From the NCBI GenBank assembly GCA_009786125.1, contig WQTU01000138.1, positions 12,721-76,720 of the forward strand: a stretch of DNA of 64,000 bases, read 5' to 3'. The position numbers and the translations under genes are program-made. Shown here piece by piece: positions 28,582-40,700 of this stretch (position 1 is the stretch's first letter; the number at the start of each line of letters is the position of its first letter). The notes beneath the pieces were generated by a model that saw only the letters and a list, made by a program, of their open reading frames with translations, ran no database searches and was not told the origin of the DNA. The stretch is from Spirochaetota bacterium (GTDB lineage: Bacteria > Spirochaetota > Spirochaetia > CADAEX01).

Positions 28582-29736
28582 ATGAAAAAGATAAAAGTAG
28601 CAGAATTAAAAGACGGCGACAAGTTTACTGAATCTATTTACATGGACGAAAAACTCTCCAATATGCTTGTTCCTGCAGACACAAGCATGAAAGCAAAAGA
28701 TCTTGAGCGAATTGTAAAGTGGGGGATTAGCGAAGTATTTACAACCGGTGAGCTCATTAAAGATGCCCAAAAAAAAGAAGAGCCTGCAGCGATTGCCAAT
28801 ATTACTGATGCCGCGGATTCTAAATTTTTCATTACTTATGCATCCATGATAGAGCTTTTTTCCGACATTATGAATGCTCTTAAAAAAGGGAAAAAACCAA
28901 ATGCTGCTGTTATTAATGAGATTGCAGATCAGCTCACAGAAATGGTTGAAAGTGCAGGTGATATAAAAGATATTGATGAACTTGTAGGATATATAAATAA
29001 AAGCGATAAACTTGGTGAAAAGTATGCTGTTAGCGGTATAAATTGCGCTATTTTATCGATCATTGTAGGAAAAGAGCTTAAGCTTACTCCGATACGCATG
29101 AATAATCTTGTAATTGCTTCTTTGCTTCATGATGTTGGAATGCTTAGAATTCCCGAAAGAATATTGGAAAAAAAAGGAAATCTTACACCAGAGGAGCTTG
29201 CTGTTGTTAGAATGCATCCTACTGTTTCGTACCAGATTATTGCAAAAATATTAGGTTTTCCCGAAGGTATTGCCAGGATTGTAATTCAGCACCACGAAAG
29301 ATGGGATGGAAATGGCTATCCAAGCAAACTTGCGGGAGAGCAGATAAATCTTCTTGCAAGAATAATTGCAGTTACAGATTCTTTTGAAGCAATGAACAGG
29401 TCTAAAGCATACAGAACTTCAATGATTGGATATGCTGCGATGAAACAGATATTGAATGAGAATTCAAAAAAATATGATGCAGGCGTAGTCAAAGTCTTGG
29501 TTAAGGTTTTGGGCATATATCCTCCGGGCAGTTTTGTAATTCTTAATGATACCAGCATAGGCAAAGTTGTTAAGGTTAAATCAACAGCTCCGCTGCGGCC
29601 TGTAATAAAACTGCTTATAGATTCTACAGGCGCAAAAGTAGAAAAAAATGAAGAGATAGATTTAGTGGCAAATACAAAACTCTTTATTGTAAAAGTTATT
29701 GATGTTTCGGAAATGGAAGGAAAGCTCTCAGATTGA
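28582..29736 (+). CDS. HD-GYP domain phosphodiesterase (c-di-GMP)
   Basis: LLHDVGMLRIP (HD), HHERWDGNGYP (GYP motif). Confidence 0.85.
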   Translation: MKKIKVAELKDGDKFTESIYMDEKLSNMLVPADTSMKAKDLERIVKWGISEVFTTGELIKDAQKKEEPAAIANITDAADSKFFITYASMIELFSDIMNALKKGKKPNAAVINEIADQLTEMVESAGDIKDIDELVGYINKSDKLGEKYAVSGINCAILSIIVGKELKLTPIRMNNLVIASLLHDVGMLRIPERILEKKGNLTPEELAVVRMHPTVSYQIIAKILGFPEGIARIVIQHHERWDGNGYPSKLAGEQINLLARIIAVTDSFEAMNRSKAYRTSMIGYAAMKQILNENSKKYDAGVVKVLVKVLGIYPPGSFVILNDTSIGKVVKVKSTAPLRPVIKLLIDSTGAKVEKNEEIDLVANTKLFIVKVIDVSEMEGKLSD

Positions 29737-30092
29737 ACAAATATGAGAAGGGTCGGAGAGGGGAAGATATTGCTTGCAAATATCTTGAAGCAGAAGGCTA
29801 TCTTATTTTAGAGAGAAACTATAGGGGGAAGACAGGAGAAATAGATATAATAGCTAAAGATAAAAATGTTGTTGTATTTATAGAAGTTAAGTCCTGGAAA
29901 ACTATTTCTATTATAGAAGCTGGGTTTAGTGTGAATATTATGAAGAAAAGAAGAATTATAAATAGTGCAAGGCAATATATGTTTGAAAATAAAGAAAAAA
30001 TATCTGATTCAGATATCAGGTTTGACTTTCTATTTGTAGATGCAGTCAAAGATAAGATAGCTCATAGCAAGAATATAATTATAGAGAGCTAA
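29733..30092 (+). CDS. yraN: YraN-family (UPF0102) endonuclease
   Basis: MNKYEKGRRGEDIACKYLEAEGYLILERNYRGKTGEIDIIA... ; 119 aa. Confidence 0.7.
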   Translation: MNKYEKGRRGEDIACKYLEAEGYLILERNYRGKTGEIDIIAKDKNVVVFIEVKSWKTISIIEAGFSVNIMKKRRIINSARQYMFENKEKISDSDIRFDFLFVDAVKDKIAHSKNIIIES

Positions 30093-30258
30093 GAATTTAT
30101 GGTAAGAATTGCTAAAGAAACAGATCCTGCCAAATTGGAAGAGCTCAAAATAAAAATTAATGATGAGCAGTATTTGTCTATAGCAATTCAGCAGTTGGCT
30201 CAGGTTTTATCAACTGAGATGCTTGGTATTGATGAAGAAAAATCTATGAGGACTTAAG

Positions 30259-30642
30259 TTGGATAATAAAAGTTTTAGAAAAGATCATAGAAGCAGAAGA
30301 AGAAATAATTTTAATAATTCTCCGAGAGAAAAATCCGAAGAAAACAGAGTTATGCATAAATGCGGAATATGCCAGCAGGATATTCAGGATTTAAGCACAG
30401 CGATTGCATTGCCTGAGGCCGCTGCCCCGGCTCACTTTGATTGTGTAATAAATAAAATTAAAGAAGGCGAAAATCTTGGGAAAAAAGAGCAAGTTGTCTA
30501 TTTGGGCAGCGGCGCTTTTGGTATTGTAGAAAATAATTCGGCTAGCCAGACGCCGAATTTTAAAATAATAAAAAAAATTAGTTTTGAAGAACACGATGAT
30601 ATGCCCGAGTGGCGCAAGCAACTGATTAAACTAAAAATATGA
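30259..30642 (+). CDS. hypothetical protein
   Basis: 127-aa ORF with a basic N-terminus; no motif recognised. Confidence 0.35.
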   Translation: MDNKSFRKDHRSRRRNNFNNSPREKSEENRVMHKCGICQQDIQDLSTAIALPEAAAPAHFDCVINKIKEGENLGKKEQVVYLGSGAFGIVENNSASQTPNFKIIKKISFEEHDDMPEWRKQLIKLKI

Positions 30643-30741
30643 ATATAGGTTTTAGTTTGTTGACAAAATATGCTTGCAGGCTTAGGCTTATTGTGTGTAG
30701 AGATTTGTTTTAGCTAAATTAGAAATTATGGAGGCTATAAT

Positions 30742-31665
30742 TTGGATAACCCTACAATTGGTATAAGAATTGCTAATGGAACATTTTTCCCAATTTTGAA
30801 AGAAGATGACAGAGCTAAAAAAAGGCTCGTTCTTTCTCCTGTAAAAGAAAAGCAAAAAGATGTTAAAATCGATATTTTTAGGGGAGAAGGAGAGGGGATG
30901 TACGACCCTGTCTATGTTGGAAGTCTCATCCTTAATAATATTAATCATAAAGGCGGAAAAGTTCCGGATATTGAACTTCTGATAAGCGTAAGCGACGCTG
31001 GCATACTTGATGTGCAGGCATCTGAGCCAATATCAGGTGTTAAACAGTTTTTATCTGTAAGCCTTGATTCAATTGATAGCAATATTGACTTTTATAATAC
31101 ACAGGACTCTGGCGATTCGGTTGATGCTCCGCGTTTTTCATCTGATTTTGATGAAGATCCAGGCATGGATAATGAGGACGAAGAGAGCGAAGAGGCAAGA
31201 TGGGGTTATGATGCTGAAAAAGATAATAAAAAGAAAAAAACTACTAAAATAGCAGTGATAGTATTAATAGTTTTGTTATTGCTTTTACTGGGTTTTCTTA
31301 TCTTTACACTTATTGCGAAACCTGCTCTTGCAAAAAGAGCTGAGCAAAGAGCTGCAGAGAGTGCTGTTGCAGTTGTTCCTGAGGCAAGGGAGCCGGAACG
31401 AGCCGCGCCTGTTGCGGTGCCGCAGCCGGAACCAGTTCGTGCGGCAGAACCAGAGCCTGCGGCTGTAGCAGAACCAACTCCTGCTGAGCCGGAAAGAACC
31501 GCCGAATATATAAGGTACAGGATAGTATGGGGCGATACCCTTTGGGATATTTCAAATACATTCTATAGAACTCCGTGGCTCTATAGAAGAATCGCCAGAG
31601 ATAATAATATCAGGAATCCGGATCGTATCTACGCGGGGAATTGGTTAATAATAAAAGCAGAATAA
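30742..31665 (+). CDS. LysM domain membrane protein with Pro/Glu/Ala-rich linker
   Basis: C-terminal LysM (YRIVWGDTLWDISNTFYRTPWLYRRIARDNNIRNPDRIYAGNWLII); one TM (IAVIVLIVLLLLLLGFLIF); PEP/AAEP repeats. Confidence 0.7.
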   Translation: MDNPTIGIRIANGTFFPILKEDDRAKKRLVLSPVKEKQKDVKIDIFRGEGEGMYDPVYVGSLILNNINHKGGKVPDIELLISVSDAGILDVQASEPISGVKQFLSVSLDSIDSNIDFYNTQDSGDSVDAPRFSSDFDEDPGMDNEDEESEEARWGYDAEKDNKKKKTTKIAVIVLIVLLLLLLGFLIFTLIAKPALAKRAEQRAAESAVAVVPEAREPERAAPVAVPQPEPVRAAEPEPAAVAEPTPAEPERTAEYIRYRIVWGDTLWDISNTFYRTPWLYRRIARDNNIRNPDRIYAGNWLIIKAE

Positions 31666-31668
31666 GCA

Positions 31669-34146
31669 GTGGTTGAAAATAAAAAGCAGGCTATAACAGC
31701 AGCAGTAATTGCTGTTATAGCCGCATATCTTGTATTTGCAATTTTTTTTGTTAGAACAGGCGTTACAAGCCCGCTGCTGTTTCCCGGGATTTTTCTATAC
31801 AGCTATTATTTTGATTCAGCGTTTTACATTCCTTTATATCTTTTAGTTTGTACATTCTTTTTGTTAAAAAAGAACTTTAACAGAAATAATATAATTTTGC
31901 TTGTTTTAACAATCCTGCCCTTCATTACGATTAGTCTTGTTCTGCGTCTTATGTATGTTGAAACAAACTTAAGTGCGCTTGAAAGAGGGCTTTTGAATTC
32001 ATTCGGGTTATTTGCCCCATTTATTCTCTTTCTTCTCGCATTGGCGCAGCTTTTGCTTATTGTGAGGCTGGGACTTTTTCTGCATTCAAAAAGAAAGATA
32101 AAAGACATTATAGCAGAAAATATGGAAGAAGACAGCGAGGACTCCTTCAGAGATAATGCTGTAGAAAACTGTGAAGCTGCTCAGCCTCATAATCCTGATG
32201 ATATTGACAAATTGTCGTCCGCGAGAACAGGATTTGTTGACTTAAATTTTTCCTACTCTCCTGCTGAATATGCAGCTCCTGATCCCTTTGGTCAAGATCC
32301 GCCTCAAGCAGACGAGCTTTTTCAGCCTTGTGAGCCGGAAGGTTCTGGAAATAAGAAAAGCAACGTAGATTCCAGATTGCAAACAATAGATGGTATTCCT
32401 GATTATATTGATGAAGTTTACACCAGACCTGCCTATTTTAGGATGGAGAAAAAGCCGGAAGGGGAAAAAGATTTTTCGGGTTTGCCGGAAACATCGGCGG
32501 CATTGGAATCAAATGCAGATAACGATACTTTTCTCATCCCGGACCCTGATCTGGCGGGAGTAGATATGGATCCGGGAGAAGAAGGCGAAACCGAAGATGA
32601 TGAAAACGAAGATGAAGATTCTCTTGGGGAAGGCACTGATAAAAACATTGTCGAAGTTATAACACTATCCGATGATAATCCTGTTGTTGTAAAAGAATAT
32701 TTTGCATCGCAGAAAAAAATTAATCTTAAAAAAATCAGCTATAAAATCCCTGTTGATATACTTGATGAATATGAAGAAACAGGCTTTGTAGTAATTGATG
32801 AACGTACTAAGGAAGAATCAAGGATATTAAGGCAGACTCTTGCGGAATTCAAAATAGAGGCAGAGGTTACAGGAATAAAAAAAGGTCCAGTAATTACAAT
32901 GTTTGAAATACTTCCTGCGCCAGGGGTAAAGCTTTCGAAAATTACAAATCTTGCGGATAACATTGCACTGCGTCTTGCTGCATCGAGGGTTAGAATTGTT
33001 GCGCCTATTCCAGGAAAACATGCGGTTGGAATAGAAGTGCCGAACAGAACCAGAGCCATAGTTTCTTTTAGAGAGCTTATTTCTGTGGATTATCCGCAAT
33101 ATTCAAAATATCATCTTCCGGTTATTCTTGGAAAAGATATTACAGGAGGAGAGCAAGTAATTGATCTTACACAGACCCCGCATCTTCTTATAGCAGGCGC
33201 AACAGGCTCGGGAAAATCCGTGTGCGTTAACTCCATAATAGTATCGCTTCTTTATAACAAAAAACCGCAGGAAGTAAGATTGATACTTATTGACCCAAAA
33301 ATTGTAGAACTTAAACTCTATAATGATATTCCCCATCTTCTGACGCCTGTAATTACAGATTCCAAAAAAGCGTTTCAGGCATTGCAATATTGTATTTACG
33401 AAATGGAAAAACGTTATGCGCTTCTCGATGCTCTTGGGGTAAGGGATATTCATTCTTTCAACAAAAAAATAAAAAACAATAAAATTGCAACAATGCCTCT
33501 GCCGTATATTGTTGTAGTTGTCGATGAGTTTGCAGATCTTATGGCAACAACAGGCAAGGAACTTGAATCAACAGTTGCGCGGCTTGCTGCAATGTCAAGA
33601 GCTGTGGGTATACATCTTGTGCTTGCTACGCAAAGACCATCGATTGACGTTATTACAGGACTTATAAAAGCAAATATTCCTTCCCGCATTGCATTTATGG
33701 TTGCAAGCAAAACAGATTCGAGAATTATAATAGACTCTGTTGGAGCGGAAATGCTGCTCGGAAAAGGAGATATGCTTTTTTCGTCATCATGGAACCCATA
33801 CCTTACAAGAATTCAGGGCGCGTATCTTTCAGAGAATGAGGCTGAAAGGGTTGCAGAAAAAGTAAAGGAATATGGCGCGCCTGAATATATTGATGATGAA
33901 ATTTTCATGGATGATGAAGATGATGATGGATTCGAGTTAAACGGTAGTGATTACGGCGAAGATCCTCTTATGGATAAAGCTGTTGAAATTGTTACAACAG
34001 CAGGAAAAGCTTCAGCCTCATACTTGCAGCGCAGATTAAAAATTGGTTACAACAGGGCAGCTCGCCTTGTCGAAGAGATGGAGCGCAGGGGCATTGTCGG
34101 CCCGCAAAACGGAAGCAAGCCGCGGGATATTTTGCGCAAAGATTAG
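31669..34146 (+). CDS. ftsK: DNA translocase FtsK/SpoIIIE
   Basis: N-terminal TM helices, Walker A GATGSGKSVCVNS, C-terminal gamma winged-helix (SASYLQRRLKIGYNRAARLVEEMERRGIVGP); 825 aa; GTG start. Confidence 0.9.
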   Translation: MVENKKQAITAAVIAVIAAYLVFAIFFVRTGVTSPLLFPGIFLYSYYFDSAFYIPLYLLVCTFFLLKKNFNRNNIILLVLTILPFITISLVLRLMYVETNLSALERGLLNSFGLFAPFILFLLALAQLLLIVRLGLFLHSKRKIKDIIAENMEEDSEDSFRDNAVENCEAAQPHNPDDIDKLSSARTGFVDLNFSYSPAEYAAPDPFGQDPPQADELFQPCEPEGSGNKKSNVDSRLQTIDGIPDYIDEVYTRPAYFRMEKKPEGEKDFSGLPETSAALESNADNDTFLIPDPDLAGVDMDPGEEGETEDDENEDEDSLGEGTDKNIVEVITLSDDNPVVVKEYFASQKKINLKKISYKIPVDILDEYEETGFVVIDERTKEESRILRQTLAEFKIEAEVTGIKKGPVITMFEILPAPGVKLSKITNLADNIALRLAASRVRIVAPIPGKHAVGIEVPNRTRAIVSFRELISVDYPQYSKYHLPVILGKDITGGEQVIDLTQTPHLLIAGATGSGKSVCVNSIIVSLLYNKKPQEVRLILIDPKIVELKLYNDIPHLLTPVITDSKKAFQALQYCIYEMEKRYALLDALGVRDIHSFNKKIKNNKIATMPLPYIVVVVDEFADLMATTGKELESTVARLAAMSRAVGIHLVLATQRPSIDVITGLIKANIPSRIAFMVASKTDSRIIIDSVGAEMLLGKGDMLFSSSWNPYLTRIQGAYLSENEAERVAEKVKEYGAPEYIDDEIFMDDEDDDGFELNGSDYGEDPLMDKAVEIVTTAGKASASYLQRRLKIGYNRAARLVEEMERRGIVGPQNGSKPRDILRKD

Positions 34147-34188
34147 TTTTTTTGTTTTTACAATAATAAGTTTCCAGGTATAATAGCA

Positions 34189-37100
34189 GTGATGAATCTT
34201 GATTATACTGCTTATTTTAGCAATTCATTAAAGAAGCTGGTGCCTCTCTATATAAAAAGTTCAGCAAGTGCAAAACTTTTTGACAACAACACAATAGTCA
34301 TTATTCAGAATAAAAATATGGAAGAGTGGCTGCGGTTTGAAATAGCTTCTTTAACAGGGCTTTGCAGCGGAATCAATTTTATGTTTCAGGATAATGCTCT
34401 AAGAAATATTCTTGAAAAGTTTCCTGGCGTGCCGGAAATAATCGAAAAAAAAAGTATTGTCTATCTTGATGACCTAAAAATAATAATATATCGCCAGCTC
34501 AAATTAATATTTTCTCAAATTAAAAACTATCCTGATTTTCAGATTATTAAAAAATATATTGATGAATCAGGGGAAGAAAAAGATTTTGGGGTAAATCAGC
34601 GTGATCCAGAGAGGCTGCAAAAAAGTGATTACGATAATTTATCTTATCTTCAAAGCGAACGGCTTTTTTCGCTTGCGGACAGCATAGCAGGCTTATTTTA
34701 TTATTATGGGTTTAACTGCCCGGAAATGGTTGCGACCTGGGAAGCAGGAAAAAGTTTTATAGAAAATAGTGATTTTGATTATGCTCTGCACCATGAAAAA
34801 TGGCAGGCAGAATTATGGAGAATTATTTTTTCAAAAACATCTCCATATCTGCATCTTGGGCAGCTAATTACAGATATTCTGGAAAACAGATTTAAGGCTC
34901 CTCAGCTTAATTCAAACATCGTAATTTTTGGTTCTTCTTTTTTGAGTGAACAAGCTGTAAACTTTTTTTGCTATCTTTCTGAAAACTGCGGAGTTTGCGT
35001 TAATCATTTTATATTGTCTCCATCGCCTGTTTATAGTAATTCTGCTTTCCCGGATGATTCGGCTTCCGGGCTTGTTGCTGTTGAAAAGTGGGCATCTATT
35101 GTAAAAGGGCTTGCCAATATACTTTGCAGGAAAAAAGTCGCAATTAAGGAGTATTATGAAAGCTTGGCAGCGAACACAATTCTTGAAAAACTAAAAGCAG
35201 CGATTTTTAACAACGAGATTATGCCGGTTAACGATGACGAAGGTTGTTTTAAAGATAATTCAATGGTAATTATATCAGCATCAGGAAAAAAAAGAGAGAT
35301 AGAAATCATCAAGAATAAAATTATTCAGCTTGTTTCGGAAAAAGGTATTAAATTCCACGAGATAGGAGTAGCTGCTCCGGATATAAACGAGTATATCCCA
35401 TTTATCGAATCTATTTTTCCGTCGGACAATGAGCTATTAGATATTCCATACAATATTATGGACATTGATATTGGAAGGGAATCTTCTTATGTAAAAACAT
35501 TTCTTGATCTAACCGAGTTGTGCGGTTCGAGATTTTCCCGCAAAGATCTTTTTAAAATATTTTCAAGTCAATGTTTTATGGAAAGATATGGGGTAACAAG
35601 AAAAGATATTGATGAGTGGCTTTCTATTTGCGATGCGCTTTCGATAAAGTGGGGTGTTGATTATCGGCATAGAAATGATGTTCTTTCTTATGAGGATAAT
35701 TCAGGCACATGGGATTGCGGATTCCAGCGAATAATTGCAGGGCTTGTTTTTGATGAAAGAGAAGGCGAAGTATCATTCCCTGGTAATAAAAAGATTTTGC
35801 CGTATGCTCTTTCTGGCAATAACGAAGAAAAAAAGATTTCAATTATGTTTGCTGTTGTCGAATCGCTCTATAATGATCTTTATTATATTAAAAAATCCAA
35901 AATGAAACTTTCTGAGTGGAGTTCTTTTTTTGAGAAAATAATGGATAAATATCTTACTCCGATAAAAGGAACAGACGATGAGAAAAGCAGGAGTTTTCTT
36001 AAAAATATTTTCAGGCATATTAATAATTTAAAAGCAGTAAGCCTTATCTCTTCTGAAAACATTGGCGAAGTATCCAAAGTGAGCGGCAAAGAGCGAATCG
36101 AAGCTTTTGAAGAAGTCCTTGATTTTAATCTGGAAGATGGAAATCATCTGAAAGACGCGAACGCAGATGCAGATGCGGTTGAATTCCCTGTTTTTAAGGC
36201 GCTGCTCGATGAATATTCTAAAAGCGGCGGGCACTATAAAGGACGTTATCTGTCAACAGGTGTTTGTTTTTCATCAATCAAACCGCTTCGCGCAATTCCA
36301 TTTTCTGCAATTTTTGTGATAGGTATGGATATAGATGTTTTTCCCGGCAAAGAAAAGCCTTTAAGTTATGATCTTAGAAATGTTACAGAAAAAAGTATTG
36401 ATCTTTCAAAACAAAATAGCGATTCATTTGCTTTTCTTGAAACAATAATATCTGCGGAAAAATATTTGGGTATATTATATAATGGAACAGATCCTGTAAC
36501 CGGAGAATCAAGAGAACCGTCTGTTGTTGTTTCTGATATTGGCGATATTTTAGGAAAAAATATTGTGCAGGAAATAACGATGTCCCATCCTCTTTTTCCA
36601 TATAACCCTGCTTATTATATGAAGGATTCAAAATATGGTATATCTTATGATATAAAAAATTATGACCCTGCAGTTTCTTTTTATAAAGATAAAAAAGAGA
36701 GTCCCTTTATTCCGCTGTTTGGGAAAAACAATTATGAATCTGAGAAATCCAGTCGGGAAATTCCGGTACTTATAAGAGATGTTTTAATGTTTTTAAAAAC
36801 TCCTTTAAGTTATTTTCTTAGAAGCGAACTTTCTATTTATGAAAACTCTCTTGAGCTTGCAGAAAATGATGTTAATGAAAACTTGGGAATTGATTATCTG
36901 GAGCAGCTGCATATTGTTGAAGACTTGGGCAAAATAACAGGGGATTTTGATTGTGATTTTTTTGTTGATTCAATTTATAAAAGAAAAATCCTGGAGAGCA
37001 GAGTAGCGGATATTCCGGCAGTAAAAAAAGAATATGAAATGCTTAAACCAAGAATATGTGATTTATATAATAATCTGCATAGAAACAGATATTTTGACTC

Positions 37101-37707
37101 AGATTTAGTTAATGTAATTTTTGGAGATAACTCTGCTGCTCAGGCAAGTAATGAGATTGCGGCAAAGTCTGTTGTGTTTGATGGACGCAAGTTCGGGAAA
37201 CTTGAAATAAGCGGTCTTGTAAAAGGATTAAGAGCAAAGAGGGAAAAAGACCAATTTGATTTTCATGCAATAATTAGTGGAAAAAATTATATAAAAAATA
37301 TTATCCCTCATTTTTTTTGTTACTTGCTGTTCAAAACATCAAATTATGATTTTTGCAACTCATATACAATTTATGATAATCTTGGAGAGAAAATATTTAC
37401 ATTTTCGGATTCTGCGGAATCTTCGAAAATAGATATTAAAGTTTCAACAGCATCTATTGCAGATGCATATATTTTAAACCTTCAGACTCCATATGTTGTA
37501 GATATAGGCTGTATAGAGTTTGGAATTAAAGAATTCAAAAAAGGCAAAAATATAGATGAAGTAATTTCTTCAATGAAAAAATATTACGATTATTACAATT
37601 TTGCAGATTTAAAATATTTAAAAGGATTTAATTCAGTTGATGTAAGATTTGATGATGAAATATTTAAAAAACTTATGGAAAACTTTTTCTTCCATCTGAA
37701 TTTTTGA
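34189..37707 (+). CDS. recC: exodeoxyribonuclease V gamma subunit RecC
   Basis: 1172 aa directly upstream of recB and recD; the N-terminus (IVIIQNKNMEEWLRFEIASLTGLCSGINFMF) parallels the E. coli RecC start (ILVQSTGMAQWLQMTLSQKFGIAANIDF). Confidence 0.75.
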   Translation: MMNLDYTAYFSNSLKKLVPLYIKSSASAKLFDNNTIVIIQNKNMEEWLRFEIASLTGLCSGINFMFQDNALRNILEKFPGVPEIIEKKSIVYLDDLKIIIYRQLKLIFSQIKNYPDFQIIKKYIDESGEEKDFGVNQRDPERLQKSDYDNLSYLQSERLFSLADSIAGLFYYYGFNCPEMVATWEAGKSFIENSDFDYALHHEKWQAELWRIIFSKTSPYLHLGQLITDILENRFKAPQLNSNIVIFGSSFLSEQAVNFFCYLSENCGVCVNHFILSPSPVYSNSAFPDDSASGLVAVEKWASIVKGLANILCRKKVAIKEYYESLAANTILEKLKAAIFNNEIMPVNDDEGCFKDNSMVIISASGKKREIEIIKNKIIQLVSEKGIKFHEIGVAAPDINEYIPFIESIFPSDNELLDIPYNIMDIDIGRESSYVKTFLDLTELCGSRFSRKDLFKIFSSQCFMERYGVTRKDIDEWLSICDALSIKWGVDYRHRNDVLSYEDNSGTWDCGFQRIIAGLVFDEREGEVSFPGNKKILPYALSGNNEEKKISIMFAVVESLYNDLYYIKKSKMKLSEWSSFFEKIMDKYLTPIKGTDDEKSRSFLKNIFRHINNLKAVSLISSENIGEVSKVSGKERIEAFEEVLDFNLEDGNHLKDANADADAVEFPVFKALLDEYSKSGGHYKGRYLSTGVCFSSIKPLRAIPFSAIFVIGMDIDVFPGKEKPLSYDLRNVTEKSIDLSKQNSDSFAFLETIISAEKYLGILYNGTDPVTGESREPSVVVSDIGDILGKNIVQEITMSHPLFPYNPAYYMKDSKYGISYDIKNYDPAVSFYKDKKESPFIPLFGKNNYESEKSSREIPVLIRDVLMFLKTPLSYFLRSELSIYENSLELAENDVNENLGIDYLEQLHIVEDLGKITGDFDCDFFVDSIYKRKILESRVADIPAVKKEYEMLKPRICDLYNNLHRNRYFDSDLVNVIFGDNSAAQASNEIAAKSVVFDGRKFGKLEISGLVKGLRAKREKDQFDFHAIISGKNYIKNIIPHFFCYLLFKTSNYDFCNSYTIYDNLGEKIFTFSDSAESSKIDIKVSTASIADAYILNLQTPYVVDIGCIEFGIKEFKKGKNIDEVISSMKKYYDYYNFADLKYLKGFNSVDVRFDDEIFKKLMENFFFHLNF

Positions 37708-37766
37708 AAATTTGTTGCGGGTAATTGGATTCGTGATAACTGAAGGAGATAAGCGGAAAAATATTT

Positions 37767-40700
37767 ATGGAAGAGTTTGAAATAGACTTAGCAAATCTTG
37801 ATAAAAATATTGTTATAGAAGCCTCTGCCGGGACAGGGAAAACATACAGCCTTGAGCATCTTGTTGTACGTTATATAGCGGAAAAAGGATATGATATTTC
37901 CGAAATTCTTGTAGTAACTTTTACCAAAAAAGCAACATTTGAACTTGAAAACAGAATAAGAACTCTTTTGAAAAACAAAGTCCGGGAAATGGATTCAGGC
38001 GGAAATAAAGTTTATGCAAAAAGATTAAAAAACGCGTTTTCCTGTTTTGCAGATTCGCAAATTTATACAATACATGGTTTTTGTCAATATTGCATTCATA
38101 ATTTTCCTTTTGAGAGCGGAGTATCTTTTAGAACTTCTGTAATGAATTCAGAAGATATTTATAAAGAAGCATCGTTTGATTATTTAAGAACAGCAGGTTA
38201 TAGCGAGCTTTCGGAATTTTATTTAAGCTTTAGAAAAAAGTATAAAAACTTTTCAGATATAATTGATTTATTTATTTCCATGATTGAGACACGTTATGTT
38301 CTTAAAGAAAGCGAAATAATTCCGGATCAGCAGTTTGTTGAAAAAACAGAGAAATATTGTAAAGAGTTTTCGTCTAATAAAGGAGAATTGTACAGCGCAA
38401 TAAAGCAGCTATCTGAATGTGATTATACCCCGCCTGCGATGGAAGAGATTTCAAAAAAAATGAAATTAAGATTTCGCGGTAAAACATTTGAGACTCTTTC
38501 GTTATTACTTGGAATTATTGCAAAAGCGCAAGCTGTTGGAGAAGTTTTTTGCGATGCTTTTCTTGAAGATGCAGCTAGGTTAAAAAAGTATTCTTTTGAT
38601 TATCTTTCAGAAAATAAAGATACATCAAGTCTTAATTCAGATGAGTTATTTTTAACAAGAACAGTCTCGGATATTTTTAACGCCTTAGAAATGTTTAAAG
38701 ATAGTACACCAGATGAAGAAAAATGTAATTATGTTTTTCATAATATAGCATCTTATATTTTTATAAAAAACGCATCTCTCAAAATAATAGATTTTGCTCA
38801 GCAGAAAAAGAAAACCGCAGCTCTATTTGATTTTGACGACCTGATTGAAATTACAAGAAAAGCAGTAACAATGAACAATGGAAATTCTCCATTGGCAAAT
38901 GAACTTAGAAGAAAATATAAAGTAGTTCTGATTGATGAATTTCAGGATACAGATCTTTCGCAATGGGAAATATTCAGCACTATTTTTAAAGGGGATCAGC
39001 ATAAAATTGTGTTAATAGGAGACCCGAAGCAGTCTATATACAGATTCCGCGGCGGAGACCTGGAAGTATATTTTAAAGCAGTAAATGCTCTTTCAAATGC
39101 AACTGCCTATAGACTTGCGACATGCTACAGGTCTACAGATAACATAGTAAAAGGTGTTAACGATATTTTCAGCAAAGTTTTTTCGTTTGCATCTGGCGGC
39201 GGGCATAAAATTACATATTCAAATGTAAAAAGCTGCAAAGATAACCCCAAGCTTAAAAAAGAAAATAAATTACAGACAAGTGTTGTTGAATTGATTGCAA
39301 TTGAAAATGAAACAGATGAAAAATCAAGAACAGATGTAGAAAAAATTGTTGAAGCCATCTATGGCAATGAAATAGTATTTCTTCTTAATCAAGGAGTTCA
39401 GCCCTCTTCGATTGCAATTCTTATGGATACAAACGACAGTTGTAAATCAATGCTTGAGTATCTAAAAAAACTTGGAGTTCCTGCAATGTATGAGGGAGAA
39501 CTCAATATTTTTGATTCATGCGAAGCGTATCAGTTTGTTGATTTGCTCTATGCTCTCTCTTATCCAAATGATATGGCAATGGTGCGCAAATCTCTTTTTT
39601 CCGAATTCTTTGCACTCTCCGCAGACGATATAATTAACATCGAAAATAGTTTACATATGGATCGCACTGCAGAGATTTTTGCGCTCTGGAGTGAAAAAAT
39701 CGCAAAAGGAAAATTATATGAAGTATTTGATGAAGTATTTTATAAAAAAAATCCAGTTGCATCTTTAATCCGTGAAGACAAAGATATTAACAAGCCGTAT
39801 TTTTCCAGAACACTCGAAGAACTTGGGGGCAGGCGGAAAGCTGCAAATGTCATGCAGATATATGAAATGCTCATTGTAAAAAATATGCTGGAAAAACAGG
39901 ATGCAGCCTCTCTTTTGCGTTACATGATGTCTGCAATGAAAGGCTGCGAGCAGGTTGATGATAAATCCAAGCGCCTTGAGAATGAACCGGATTGCATAAA
40001 AATTATGACAATACATGGCAGCAAGGGAAGGGAGTTCCGGATTGTATTTTTCTCAGGAGGATTTGGAAGCTCCAAGCCTTTGCCTGCAATGGAAAACTAT
40101 TATGAATTTATAGAAGGCGAAAAAAGACACATAGATTTTACAAAAAGCACTTTATCCAGAGAAAAACAGTTTCTTGAACTTTGGGAAGAAAAGAAAAGGC
40201 TTTATTATGTTGCCATGACAAGAGCATCAGAAAAATTATATATACCGGTTATAAAAAATTCTCCGGGAACAGATCTTGTAAGTTTTTATGCATCTCTGGT
40301 CTTTGACAAATTATCAGGTGAGTTTGCGAAAAATGGTATTGACTTCTCCATACCTGTAAATACACAAAAAATATCTTTGCCCAAAGATATGAAAGTAACA
40401 GAATTTAATACATTGTTCTGCAACAGGTCATTTGAGCTTATCGAAGATTTTTGTAAAAACAAACAATATTTGAAATTCAGAAAAACAAAAAGCTGTGAAA
40501 TAATAGATGCGCAGGATTTAGTCAAGGATAATAAAGAAGATTTGGAAATATCAGCGCTGTCTTGCCCAACTCCTTTGTATAAAAAAGATGATGCAATAAA
40601 AGGCTTTTGGGTTTACAGCTACAGTATGCTGGTGAGAAATGCTCCGCAGCATGATCTGGAAATACGAAATCTTGAAACTCGCGGAAAAGAGCCGGATAAC